From positions 59,584,001 to 59,648,000 of the forward strand of contig NC_045707.1 in the NCBI RefSeq assembly GCF_009834535.1: a stretch of 64,000 nt of DNA, in the 5' to 3' direction. The DNA is from Camelus ferus. Its lineage: Eukaryota. This document shows, piece by piece, positions 1-13,073 of this stretch; position 1 is the first letter of the stretch; each line of letters opens with the position of its first letter. Made by a program: the position numbers and the translations under genes. Below the pieces are notes generated by a model. The model did not search any database and was not told where the DNA came from. It saw nothing but the letters and a program-made list of their open reading frames with translations.

Positions 1-394
1 TCCCTAGCTTCAGATTTACAAACAGACTCTAACAAAGCAGGTAAGTAGGTTCAGCTAATGCAACTTATTAGTGAAATAGACACAAGGGACATGTAGACAC
101 AGCTCTGAGGCAGGTGGGAGCAGATAAATGGAGTGAGAACACCAATAAACTAAGGATTTGCAGACATCTGGTTGGAAGATTTTGTATTATTTTCCTGAAA
201 TGTCATATGAAATTCCCTCAAGCTAATGGGTGGCAAAAAGTATCAGAAACAAAAGTAAAAAAAATAAACATTTTGAGACTCACTGTGGGTTCTACTAAAG
301 GAAGTATCTGCTCATCTATCTAATAAAATAAAGTATCAAGGGAATGCTTTTTATTTCCCCTAACATGAAAGGGAAGAGGAGATTAGAGACAGTC

Positions 395-397
<3 letters not shown>

Positions 398-425
<28 letters not shown>
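398..425 (+). repeat. Poly(A) run of about 28 nt
   Basis: Directly visible homopolymer. Confidence 0.95.
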
Positions 426-429
<4 letters not shown>

Positions 430-599
430 GAAACTCATCTGGTGTTCAATACACAGAAGGATCCAAACTGTCAGAACTATCTAATTCAGCTTCAGTGCAA
501 ATCCCCATGTGGAACTGTAATATCCATTTATTATAAGGAAAGAAAGCTTCTCTAAATAAACAGATCCTGAATTGTGATGACTTATTTTTATTAGCCACC

Positions 600-750
600 A
601 AAGCCCCAAAGTGTTGTCCACAGACCAATAAAATTGGCATCACCTGGCCCTTGTTAGAAATGCTGAATCTTAGGTCTCATCCCAAATTTACTGAATCAGA
701 ATCTGCATTTTAACAGGATTCCTATGCAAAATAAAATTGTAGAAGCTGTG
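600..750. mobile_element. MER5-type hAT-Charlie MITE remnant
   Basis: Contains ggcatcacctgg..cttgttagaaatgc..gaatc..tactgaatcagaatctgcattttaacaggattcc. Confidence 0.75.
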
Positions 751-834
751 CTCTATAGAATATCCACAAATGTTTAATCTTGGAAGAAAAAACACATTTT
801 TCCAAAGTCAAAGAGTGCAATCTATACATTTCAA

Positions 835-3500
835 ATTATGCCTCATTTTCTGTCCTTCTGCTGCTTTAGATACTGTTGACACCCTCCTTCTTGTAGAAAT
901 CCTCACCTCACTTAGCTTTCTCAATGCAACGCTCTCTCTCGAACTGCTCTTCCTCCTTCTCAGATACAGGTCCACTCACTATCCCTATCTCCTACATTTT
1001 GTACCATGGCCATGGATATTTTCAAAAGCATAATCCTAGGCATCAGATAATCTATTCCTCTATTCTTTTTATATCAAATCTTCATTCTATACTTCAATCT
1101 CGATTCTAAACTCAGAGGATCTTTAGTAAATATCTCGATGTCTCCTAGATCAATCAGCTACATTTCTCCCAGATATCCCCAAAATGTTCAAGCCTTAACT
1201 CATTCTTCTTCTTTCAATCATCCCCTCTCTCAATAACTCTCCCAGACTTCAGACAATACTATATAGCTACAAGTAATCAAGACAGCATGGTATTGGTACA
1301 AAAACAGACATATGGACTGATGAAACAGAATAGAGAGCCCAGAAATGAACCCACAAACTTTTGGTCAACTAATCTTCGACAAAGGAGGCAAGAATATACA
1401 ATGGAATAAAGACAGTCTCTTCAGCAAATGGTGTTGGGAAAGCTGGACAACAGAATGTAAATCAATGAAGCTAGAACACTCCCTTACACCATACACAAAA
1501 ATCAACTCAAAATGGATCAAAGACTTAAACATAACACAAGATACAATAAACCTCCTAGAAGAAAATAAAGGCAAAACATTATCTCACGTACATCTCAAAA
1601 ATGTTCTCCTAGGGCAGTCTATCCAAGCAATAGAAATAAAAGCAAGAATAAAGAAATGGGACCTAATTAAACTTACAAGCTTCTGCACAGTAAAGGAAAC
1701 CATAAATAAAACAAAATGACAACCTACAGAATGGGAGAAAATTTTTGCAAAAGATGAAACCGACAAAGGCTTGATCTCCAGAATATATAAGCAGCTCATA
1801 TGACTTAATAAGAAAAAAACAAACAACCCAATCCAAAAATGGGCAGAAGACCTAAATAAGCAATTCTCCAAGGAAGACATACAAATTATCAATAGGCACA
1901 TGAAAAAATGCTCAGCATCACTAATTACCAGAGAAATGCAAATCAAAACTACACCAGTCAGAATGGCCATCATTCAAAAGTCCACAAATGGTAAATGCTG
2001 GAGAGGCTGTGGAGAAAAGGGAACACTCCAACACTGCTGGTGGGAATGCAGTTTGGTGCAGCCACTGTGGAAAACAGTATGGTGATTCCTCGAAAGACTA
2101 GGTACAGATTTACCATAAGACTCAGGAATTCTGCTCCGGGGCATATATCCAGAAGGGACCCCACTTTAAAATGACACCTGCACCCCAATGCTCATATCAG
2201 CACTATTTACAATAGCCAAGACATGGAAACAGCCTAAATGTCCATCAACAGATGACTGGATAAAGAAGATGTGGTATATTTATACAATGGAATACTATTC
2301 AGCCATAAAAATGACAACATAATGCCATTTGCAGCAACATGGATGTCCCTGGAGAATCTCATTTCAAGTGCAGCCAGAAAGAGAAAGAAAAATGCCATAT
2401 GAGATTGCTCATATGTGAAATTAACAAAACAAAACAAAACAAAGAAAAAACCACAACATAAATACAAAACAGAAACAGACTCAGACATAGAATACAAACT
2501 TGTGGTTGCCAAGGGGGAGAGGGGTGGGAAGGGATAGACTGGGAGTTCAAAATTTGTACATACTGACAGACATATGTAGAATAGGTAAACAAGATTATAC
2601 TGTAAAGCACAGGGAAATATATACAAGATCTTGTGGTAGCTCACAGTGAAAAAAGTGTGACAATGAAAATATGTATGTGCACGTATAACTGAAAAATTGT
2701 GCTCTACACTGGAACTTGACACAACATTGTAAAATGACTATAACAATAAAAAATGTTTAAAAAAAATCATCCCCTCTCTTTGACTTTGCTATTTAAACAT
2801 CGTGTCACCAACATTTTCTTCCCTTTAAACAAAAAGTTGTCTTGAGGATGACCCACTCCTCTTTTACTTCTGTGTCATTTCTCTGAAGGACTCTAACAAT
2901 GCCTCTCCACTAGTCTCTTTGTTATCAGTCCATTTTTACTTTCAGTCAAATCTCATCACTCTTCTCCCGGTCAACAGAATGAACTTTCCCCAGAAAGAAT
3001 GGATATCAATCTCTTTCTTTGAAATGGCTGTTGACTCGCCATTGTCTGCAGGATAAAGTCCAAGCTCTGTGATCTGGCACACAGAGGGCTTCTGGGTGTC
3101 GTCTCAGACTCTCTACAGCTTCATTTCCTACACACGTCCTCCACCCCATGTTCTGCACTGCCACCACACCTCTGCCCGTTGCCTGGGACCTTTATTCCCA
3201 TAGGTCCACAGCTTTTCTAATGGTTTCCTTCATCTGAAACACCATTGCTTCTCTTCCCCCTGCACTGTGAAATCTTACTTCTATTTCAAAATCCTGCTTA
3301 AATGTCACCTCCTTGTTGAGGCATTCCCCAAGCCTTCCAGAGTGAGTTTTGTCCCAGGTCTTTATTCCTGTCTAAGCATTAGGTTCATATGGGAATTTAT
3401 CAGGGTAAATGCCTTTCTCCTCAACAGACCGCATTGTTTGCCAGGACAGGAATTACAGTACATTGGTTTTTGCATTCTCAGGTCCTGTCACGGGGTTCAA
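835..3500 (+). mobile_element. Degraded L2 LINE split by the L1 at 1231-2764
   Basis: Pyrimidine-rich L2-like motifs (gatactgttgacaccctccttctt; aggataaagtccaagctc; cttaaatgtcacctcc) occur on both sides of the L1. Confidence 0.6.
1231..2764 (+). mobile_element. Young 5'-truncated L1 (camelid type): ORF2 C-terminus, 3'UTR and A tail
   Basis: ORF2 peptides LIFDKGGKNIQWNKDSLFSKWCWE and [19 protein letters not shown], with internal stops. Perfect 15-bp TSD aatcatcccctctct at 1216-1230 and 2765-2779. Confidence 0.96.
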
Positions 3501-6500
3501 CACAAAATAACTGTCTGCTATTTACTGGGTACTATTACTTACATAACAAGGGTATGTTAATTACCATCTTTTAACCAAGGGAAGTTGTTTGAAGAATGGA
3601 ATCATCAGAAGTATACTAAAGGAGGGAACAAAATGACACATCTTCATTGTGTCCTTATTAAGTGACAGACAGTTTATGTTTATTTTCTCATTTATTCCTC
3701 ACAATGGGCCTGCAGAGGTAATACTCTATTGCTGACTGAAAAATATGAAATTGAAGGCTTTAAACATTCAATCATTTGTACAAGTTACACATCTTATAAA
3801 TAACAGTACCGAAACTTGAACTTTCATCTGTTGGATTCTATAAGCTGTACTGGGTTCTTGTAAACCATATCATTTTCTTGCAAATTACAACTTGCAGTAT
3901 TCTAATGCTTCTTTTGTGATTAATTCATTATCTTTTGGATTTGTGAATATACATTATAATTATATATTATAATAACATTATAATAACTTTTTATTGCCTT
4001 CAGAGTATCGTCTCTTCTAGTCTCAAATAAGTTTACTTTGAACAGATACTCTTCAGCACTCAGAGAATATGAAATAATTTCATTCAATAGGTCACTTTAT
4101 GGAGAAATCTGAAATAGGCAGTGAAACAAATTTTAAATAGTAAGATACTTTTAGTAACCAAGCAGCTCTCCTCAAAAATCTTCAAAGTAAACATTACCTT
4201 TTAAATGTTTAAGCCACATTTTAGGAAGAGCTGGCAAAGACGGCACATTATTTATAAGTTGCCACTCTGCTCATTGCACACATGACTGACTAATCAAGCA
4301 AACACACTTTTCTGCTGAGCCCTGTGGCAGCCTCAGAACCTCGGCCAGGATTCCAGCAACGCTTATTAATCAAAAGACTTAGAATGAAAATAAAAACTTG
4401 CTTGCATCTCTTCCTTATGCTCTCATTCAATGCATTGTTAAGAAGATTTTAAGTGGTTCAGGGTCGGATTCTTATAGAAGGTTCTGCTTCTTCTGCAGTT
4501 ATCCTAGCAGTGAACCTCCATGCAGAAGTAAAAATTGCATAATCTTGTCCCTTAGCTTTCATCTTGAAACATCACGTTGGACCCGGATATAAAGGACATG
4601 TGTATCGTTAAAAATCACCAAAACTTAGTATCCAAGCCTCACACTTCTATCATTCTTTATCTCCATTGGCTACTATCAGGCAAAAATCTCAGTCGAGACA
4701 GTTAATATTTCAATTGTCTTAACTGGTGTTTAATTCCTATGATAATGAAAATATTCTTTCAACGTCTACTATTGGCCCAGGTAAGAACCTGGAAAGCCAC
4801 AGCGACTTGCTAAGAGACTGAACCTTTGTTCCGATGGCAGCGGAAAATATCAAGAGGTTTAAATTGCAAAATAAATGGGAAATTCTCAGGTTAATGACAC
4901 CCTTTTCCTGAGACATGTAAACGAGGAATTAGAGGATGAAGGAAGTTGGGATATTTAGCAAGCCTGGAACCAGGAGACCATGTAGGAACTCACTGCTCTA
5001 ATTCAGGAAAGATCTGATGAGGGCCTGAATGGAGGCAGAGGCACAGGAAATAAGAGTACATGATTAATGAGAGAAGTTATAATTATGGACATTGGAATTA
5101 AAGGGAAAAATCCAAGATGGCTCCTGGACCTCTGGCTTGAGCTGTACAGGATGGTTACATAAGAGTAGAGATGCAGAAAAAAGAGATGTAACAGCCCTGG
5201 TACAGTTTACAAGGAGAAAAAAAATCAACACTCTACTTATAAGTGATGTCACTAGTCACAAGGTGAATGAAGTAACAGGAAACACTAGGACGATGGTTAC
5301 TCACAGGTGAGTAATCCCCCTTCACAGTAGAGATAAAGATCACTTAATGATCTTATTATAACAGTTCTCTTCTAAAATGTACAGTACTTTTGGATGTTGA
5401 ATAAATGAATAAATAAGACATTGACGTCACACTCCTAAGGATTTTAAAGTGGCAAAGAGACATAGATATTGAGAAATTTGATTTAGTTTTGGGTTCCAGT
5501 TATTCTAATAAGCATATATTCCCTTGATGTAGTCAACCAATTAAAAACCCATTACAAAGGCTTCTATTGGCCACCAACATGTTTTGGCATTGTGCTAGAA
5601 AGATTTAATTTGGGCAAATTAGGTTTAAACATGAAGGGATGACCATTTCACTGTGAGAAGTATAACCCTTAAAACCACGTCTGCTAATACAAAACCCTTC
5701 CTGAGAAGTATAATTAGATATTTAATGGAAACTGAACTGACTTCAAGCTTGGAAGGAGTAACACAAAAATATTAGGCAAGTGTGCAAAAAGTGCACTTCA
5801 TTCCATTATTTATTTTCTGTGAATTATTAAACTGAAATCTAACACACTTCTACTTTCACTTTCTCCTTGACCAAATCGTGGCAGCTTCCTGAACGTGAAA
5901 TGGCATTTTCACGTTTCATGTTTCACTTGAATGGGTTCTTGCACTCTGCTAGCTGAGTCAGCATCCTTTATTGAATCACCTGTTTAAATGTCTAGGTCTT
6001 CTATTAGGTGACGAACAATTTGAAAGGTTAAAGCATCATCATATTATGCTGCACGTCTAGTATAACTCTTCGTACATAGTGGAGGCTGAATCTTTCTTTG
6101 TTGAAAGGTCACATCTGATCTTTCAAATCATCAATGAAAAGGAACACTGTGCTCCAAGGTAATATATGAAAGATCATTAGAACAATACTGGTTTTCATTA
6201 AGTTGTATGGTGTTCATCAACTATGCCCAGCTGAAGAGTGACTGGTTCATTAAAACATAAAAATAAGGCACGAAACAGTAACTTTTTAAATGATTGTACT
6301 TAATATAGATATAATTGAATGAACTGTTTTTCAGAGCAATTTTTCATATTACGTAGGTTTTATAGCTCCTCATCTATATTACAATTATTTTGCAGAAATT
6401 GTTTTAGAATCAACCATGTTTCCTCCCTCCAGTCTTGGAATCACACAAATATGAGTGGAGATCCCTACAAATAATCCTTCAACAGCCAGACATTTAGTTC

Positions 6501-9271
6501 TCCCAATTCCCAAAGAAAGAGAAAAAAATGCTTAATCATAACATCACATTTGTTCCATAAACACTATTTCCAAGGAACCAAGGAGGGATACAAAGAAACA
6601 AATTACAGAATATGAGATAAGAAATTTCTCGGGCATAAGTTTTAGTGGAAAATTTTTACCTCCCAATTTTACTTTTATAAGATGGTATCATGTTAAGAAG
6701 GCAGGACTTATCTCCTTTCAAAGTAAAGTGGCTTGAGAGAAAACTAGGAATAAATTGCCCAAGATGTATTATAATTAAATACATTGGAAGGAAGTCTTAA
6801 CTAAGGATTTTCGCACTAAATAACAAACATTGAAGACAGTAAAGCACATTGACTAACATTCTTAAGACTGAGATAGACGGAAATATATTTATTTATATAT
6901 TCTATGATAGCTAAGGATAGAAATAAAATTATATCTTCACAACTAAGATTTAAAGAAAAAAATTCCCTAAACCAAATTCTTCCTTTAGTATACATCGTTT
7001 CCCTTCTGTAGGATCCTTAGGCAATGTTATAAAATGATAACTGCCAAGCTACTAGCTCTAAAAAAGAAGAGTGTCCAGCCACTTCTGCAAAATATCTTGT
7101 GTACTTCAAAATCATATACATTCCTTCAAAAATATTTAAGACATTTTGTAACAACTATACTTATATCAGGGTATGTGAGAAAAATATTTTGTCCCTATCC
7201 TTCAATTTTGCAGAGACTTCACTAAAAACAGTTATTGCCAAATCCATAAATGAGTCAGAAACTCAGTCTTCACCCACATGTGTTTCTTCTTAGTAGCTGG
7301 GTGGCTGAAATATCACCCTGATTACATGTGAGACAGGTTACTGTGATAACTTATCCCATTAGTGAAATGTGGTATGTAAATATATTGTAACCTCAGTCTT
7401 ATCTTAAATTTCAACTGACAGTTAATGAGGCCACCTCCATGGTCTGCTTTTGTGGGCTCTCAAAACAGTAACTGAGGAGGGAGATGCCTGGGTAAGATAT
7501 TACTGCATCAAAGTCTCTTAGGAATGCAGGACTTCAAGATAAAGGAGAACTCAGGAAACCAGGCTTGTATTTCTCCCCCAGTGTTACCGTAAATTAGATC
7601 TTCCACCCTGCTTTTACTTACATGTAGGTCAAACACTATGCTGTGTGGTGGAGCTTTTCCATTTATGACTTTCATTTTGGGTTCAAATTACACTGCAATG
7701 CATCCAGTGCTTCATTCCAGAAGTTTGTTTTAATGAAACCACCTTAAAAAAAATTGGACCCAGAATACTGGTAGACAAAACTATTTTCTAAACTGAAAAT
7801 TTCAACACACTTTGGACAAGACTACCCTGATTAGTGAAGAATCTGGGTCATTTAATACTTCTGAAGATGTAAAAAGTATTGTAGAAAACACAGACTATGT
7901 TAACAAGCTATTTCTTCATACACATGTTCATGAAAATGACCTTTCATTACTATACTTACACAATCATCATATAAATGAATGTCTAGAAGATCAATGAGAA
8001 AGTCTATTTTAGACAGTTCCTTATAATTGGGTTACTCTCAATTTACTGCAAAGCAAATGTAACCATCAAGACTAACTCAGCTGCAAAAACGTGCAAGTCC
8101 CCCAAATCCAGTTCTATGCTCACCCTGTCATTTCCTGCTGATTTGGTTTTCCATGCAGATCTGACAACAGGAAAATATTCAAGTCATATTGACATGATAA
8201 TTAGGGTTTTCATAACAGTTGCATTTTCTATTGTAAGTCAACAACTTGAATCTTTGTGAAAGAGTTTTTAGTGGAAAACAGTAATATATAATAATTTCAT
8301 ATGGTATCAAATTGCAGATATAATCAAGCTTACATTATCAGCGCTCTGTTTGACAAGAGAGTGCCCCATAAATACTAAAAATAATATAGAACCAAATAAT
8401 TTCTAGTGCTTCGGAGACAATGTTCATAAAATATATAAACAAGGTATCAAAATGTCCTCAAGTAAAATGTTACAGCAATAAATCACGAATCAGTTACTCT
8501 GAGTCACTGCTCTCTGATACATGAGTCACGTATTTGGTACTTAAAAGACCAAATTATGAAACATTGGCTCACCATTGCTTTTACCTAGACATTTATGTCA
8601 GAGAGCACGAGTCTCACATTCTGTCAACTAAGAATCAGTCTAATACTTCAAAATAAATATTATATTCTCACAACTCCCTTCCAAAGATAGAGTATAATTA
8701 CAATGTTGTCAGTTTCTGTCTGGAGAAATTAAGCTCAGTTAATTGATTCTTATTTTGTTAAAGAAAAAATAAAGTTATCAGAATGAAGAATGATTCTGCA
8801 ATGAATGTGATGCCATTAGCATGTTGATAAAGGAATAACTAAGGCTTAAATTCACAACATCAAAGGATAATCTGATAGAGAAAAGCGACCATCAATGAAC
8901 AGGCAACTTCAACAGATTTTGGAAAACTGGAAGTATATGGAGCTATTGCTCTGCACATAGCAAGGGAAGCCTCATACTGCTATACACAGGAAGAGGGGAT
9001 CCCACCTACAAGACTAAGGGAATTAGGAAACTGCAGATAAAATGAAGGGGATACAAAAAGAGGGAAATTAATCAAATCTCCATGTCAATTACTACTGATG
9101 ACCACTCTATGGCCAGTCATAAACAAATCAATTAATTAGCCATCCAAACAGACAAGAAGCAATTTTAACAATAATAACTGAATAATTGCAGAGAAATGAT
9201 TCTGGCAGAGGGGTCCCTCAGTTTACCTGGACTGATATTCCTCTAAAGCAGCATTAAATGAGCTCAGGCTC

Positions 9272-10050
9272 TTTTTTTTTTTTTCAATTGAAGTGTAGTT
9301 TATATAGAATATTATATAAGTTTCAGGTGTACAACATAGTGATTCATATCTTTAAAGGTTATTTTCCATTTATAGTTATTATAAAATATTGACTACACTC
9401 CCTGTGTTGTACAACATATCCTTGTAGCTTATTTATTTTATACATGGTAGCTCAGACCTCTTACTCCCCTACCCTTATCTTTCTGCTTCCTTCTCTCCTC
9501 TCTCCACTGGTAACCACTAGTTTGTCCACTACATCTGTGAGTCTGTTTCTTTTTTTGTTGCTGTTGTTATATTCACTAGTTTGTTTTATTTTTTAGATTC
9601 CATGTATAAATGGTATTACACAGTATTTGCCTTTCTCTGCCTGACTTATTTCACTTAGCATAATGCCCTCCAAGTCCATCCATGTTGCTACAAATGGCAA
9701 AATTTCATTCTTTTTTATGGGTAAGTAGTATTTTATCTTCTTTATCCACTCATCTGTTGATGGACACTTAGGTTGTTTCCATATTGTGGCAATTATTTTA
9801 AAAATGCTTCTATGAACACTGGGGTGCATGTATCATTTTGAATTAGTATTCTTGTTTTTTTCAGATATATACCCAAGAGTGGAATTGCTGGGTCATACAG
9901 TAGTGCTATTTTTAGTTTTTGGGAAACCTCCACAATGTTTTCCATAGTGGTGGCACTAATTTACATTCCCACCAACAGTGGACAATACAAGGGCTCCCTT
10001 TCTCTACTTCCTCACTTACATTTGTTATTTGTGGTCTTTTAGATGATAGT
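9272..10050 (-). mobile_element. L1 3' fragment (ORF2 end and 3'UTR), sense to NAV3
   Basis: Poly(T) at the left end; ORF 9593-9829 has WKQPKCPSTDEWIKK and ILPFVATWMDLEGIMLSEISQ. No TSD recognised. Confidence 0.93.
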
Positions 10051-10559
10051 CTGGCCTGTTATCTATCACTTATGCTTACATGCAAACAAATACCAACTTT
10101 CAATAGGCATTCAAGGAAGGGTTTATATAAGAAAGAATCAGAGCATGTCTTGATCCATGTTTATAATAGCCATTATATAAGTACTGCACTGGTTTTTAAA
10201 ACTTTTGGACTCGATCTATACTAAGACACATGGAAGAATCATGTGTACACAATAGAATGTAAATTGTATGAATTTTACTTTAAAAAAAATCAAAGTGCAA
10301 ATGACAGAGGTTGGGAATTGTTAGTGGGTGGGGGAGAACTGAACAGAAGGGCTAATGTTCATGTTTTACAAAAGAGAATGCCGAAAGATATTCCACAGTT
10401 GATGGAAAAAGAACTAGAGATGTTATTTCATTATTTATTTAAAGTTACAAAGATAACCAATGAAAGAACTAAAATGAGTGGGATTTAACTATGTTAGTAT
10501 CACTCCTATAAAGACCTGTATTCACTATTGATCTGTGTCTACTATCTCTGATTCCTTCC

Positions 10560-12150
10560 TCCTGTTTTCCATTGAACAGATTCCAATCAAGGTATCACAG
10601 CAACTACTCTACTGGAAAAGCTCTCATCGAAGTCTCCAGGGCAGAACCCATGGGCTGTATCTCGGGACTCATTCTGCTTATGCACAACATTTGATGCAGC
10701 TGAGGCCCTACAGGTAGGTAGGTAATGGTTAGAAACACAAACCCTGTAGCCAGATCACCTAAATTCAACTTATAGATTAGTCACCATAAAAGTTTATGCA
10801 ATTTAACTGGCCTTTCCATTTTCAGTTTCTCTACCTGAAAAGTAGGGTTAGTAATAGTACATAGGTCCCAGGGTGGTTGTGTGGGTTGAAAGAATGAATA
10901 TGTGAATAAAAAACACAGTCGGGACTCCACGTGAATTATTACTACTGATCCCTCCCTACTCATTGCAACACTTCCTTCACTTGCCTTCTAAGAAAACAGG
11001 TTCTGGTTTCCTTCCTACTTCACAGGCTGTCTCTTTTTAATCTTCTCTACCAGGTCTTAATATCACCTGGATCTCTAAATATTGGTGGACTCATGACCCC
11101 AGTACTCAGCCCTCTTCTCTTCATCTATACACAGATTTTGATGATACTATCATATATAGTCTTACAGTTTTTATAATTTCTATATGCTTATATCACCAGA
11201 ATCTTTGTCTATAGTCTACGCCTGTCCCTTAAACTGCAGTCTTGCATTTCCACTTGCCTCCTTAATTTCTCCACTTAGATACACTTAGTAGACATTTCAA
11301 AATTGAAATGTCATAAGTGAGTATCTGATCTTCTCCATACCAAACCTGCTTTCCCACATTTGTTTCCATTTCAGTAGATGGAAACACCATCTTCCCAAAA
11401 AAGTCTTCTGTCTGTTTTCCAATCCCACTGCAAATCTGTCAGCTAATTCTACTGACACTGCCTTCAAAATATATTTGAAATTGATTCTCCTCTCTCCACT
11501 TTCACTATGGTGGCCCAAGCTTTTCTACATGACTCCTTGCTTGTACCTTTTTCTCACCACCATCTATTCTCAACAGAGAAGGTAGAGAGACCTTTTGATT
11601 TTTATACCTGTTTATTTTTCTCCTATGGTATTTTGTAGTTTCCAGTCTTTCCTGGAATAAAATCCAAAGCCCTTACAATGGTAACAGAGTCATACTAGCG
11701 TCCACCTGCTCTTTCTCTGAAATATTTTCTACTCTTTTTCTACCTCCTTCCCTCTGATCTCACCCTTGAAATTCCCTCCCTTGAAATAAACCAGACTCCT
11801 AACTTAAGGTCTTCACCACTGTCATTCTGTAACCTGAAACTACTACAGGATAACCACACGGCTAGGTCTATCACCTCTTTGCACAAAATCATCTCAGTGA
11901 GAACTTCCTCAAAGGCCTGTTGAAGTTTGTAGAACTATAGCTCCTACACATCTTATTTCCCATTTTCTGATTTATGCTTCTTTACCAACAGCTGGCCCAA
12001 CTACTGGTCTATATTTAATTTTTTAACTGTTTTGTCTATCACTAGAATGTAAGCTTGAAAAGGCCAAGGATTCTTTCATCGCTTTTGCCCTCTGCTATAT
12101 CTCCAATGTTCAGAAGAGTGCGTGGGACAAACTAAGTGCTTAATTACACC
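10560..12150 (+). mobile_element. Long L2 remnant interrupted by a MIR
   Basis: Motifs ccccagtactcagccctcttctcttc, gaataaaatccaaagcccttacaatgg and actagaatgtaagctt. Confidence 0.75.
10712..10930 (+). mobile_element. MIR SINE
   Basis: Core ttcagtttctctacctgaaaagtagggttagtaatagtac..gggtggttgtgtgggttgaa. Confidence 0.7.
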
Positions 12151-12232
12151 TGTGTAGTATATTAATGGGGGCTGGGGGAGGGCATAAACCAAAAGGTAAT
12201 GACCAAATTAATGAATAAAAGTTAGTGGTGGT

Positions 12233-12375
12233 GGAGAGGGTATAGGTCAAGTGGTAGAGTGCATGCTTAGTATGCACAAGGTCCTGGGGTCAATCCCCAG
12301 TACTTCCTCTAAATATAAATGAATAAATAAATAAACAAACCTTAATACCTCCCCCTCAAAAAAAGGAATTAAAAA
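12233..12375 (+). mobile_element. tRNA-derived camelid SINE (Vic-1-like), full length
   Basis: Head ggagagggtataggtcaagtggtagagtgcatgcttag..gtcctggggtcaatccccagtac with A/B boxes and an aaat-rich tail. 16-bp TSD aaaagttagtggt(g/a)gt at 12217-12232 and 12376-12391. Confidence 0.92.
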
Positions 12376-12699
12376 AAAAGTTAGTGGTAGTAGCAATTCA
12401 TTAAGCTATATGGGAATAACTATTAAAGAAAATACCTAAAATCATTAATGGGGTTACTTCTGTGTAGTTAGACCAGGCTTGGGAAGGTCTGAGCATTGGG
12501 CTGTTCTTTTTAAATAATGAAGATACTGCTTTGAATTACTTTTATGTATTTAATAAGAGTTAGAAGCACAATGGAGAGACTTGAGCATGGAAGAAATAGT
12601 GATGCAGGTGACTTGAGGTTTCTGATGTAGGTCAATACATTTTATTGTACATGTGGTATGACCTTAAAGTGGGAGGAAGGAAGATGTAAGTGGCTGGTT

Positions 12700-12915
12700 T
12701 GAGTGTTTATTTTATGCTAAGTATTGTGCTAAGGAGGCATTTGAAACATAAATTATTTCATGGGATCTTCTCAACACCCTTTTGAGAAAGTTACCACCAT
12801 TCCAATATTCCAATATTAGAGGTAAGAACACTGGTACCTGAGCAGGTCAAAATCACTTGCCTAATGCCACACTACTGGGCATTGGTACCCAGAAATGAAA
12901 CCCATGTCTGCCTGA
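12700..12915 (-). mobile_element. MIR SINE
   Basis: Reverse MIR motifs tcttctcaacacccttttgaga, aaatcacttgcctaatgccacac and aaacccatgtctgcctgact. Confidence 0.6.
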
Positions 12916-13015
12916 CTAAAATAACCAAAACTGTATAGATGCTGCTTCATCTCTAACAACATAACTATGAGTGGATGTTTAAAAGAGTGGAATAAAAGCA
13001 TAGAACATAAGCAAA

Positions 13016-13033
13016 GTGTGTGAGAGTGAGTGA

Positions 13034-13071
<38 letters not shown>
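13016..13071. repeat. Compound (TGAG)n/(TG)n microsatellite
   Basis: Directly visible. Confidence 0.95.

Positions 13072-13073
<2 letters not shown>

Noticed and set aside
1345..2722. L1-derived ORFs as functional genes
   Set aside because: 5'-truncated ORF2 pieces with stops and a deletion, or antisense read-through.
9272..9300. Idea that sense-oriented L1s have selectively lost their poly(A) signals
   Set aside because: This copy has aattga at its end, but AATAAA remains on the minus strand at 46367-46372, near 57467 and inside this copy, so there is no consistent pattern.
12233..12310. tRNA gene
   Set aside because: The tRNA-like head is followed by an A-rich tail and flanked by TSDs, so it is a SINE. 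The same applies at 45431 and 53899.
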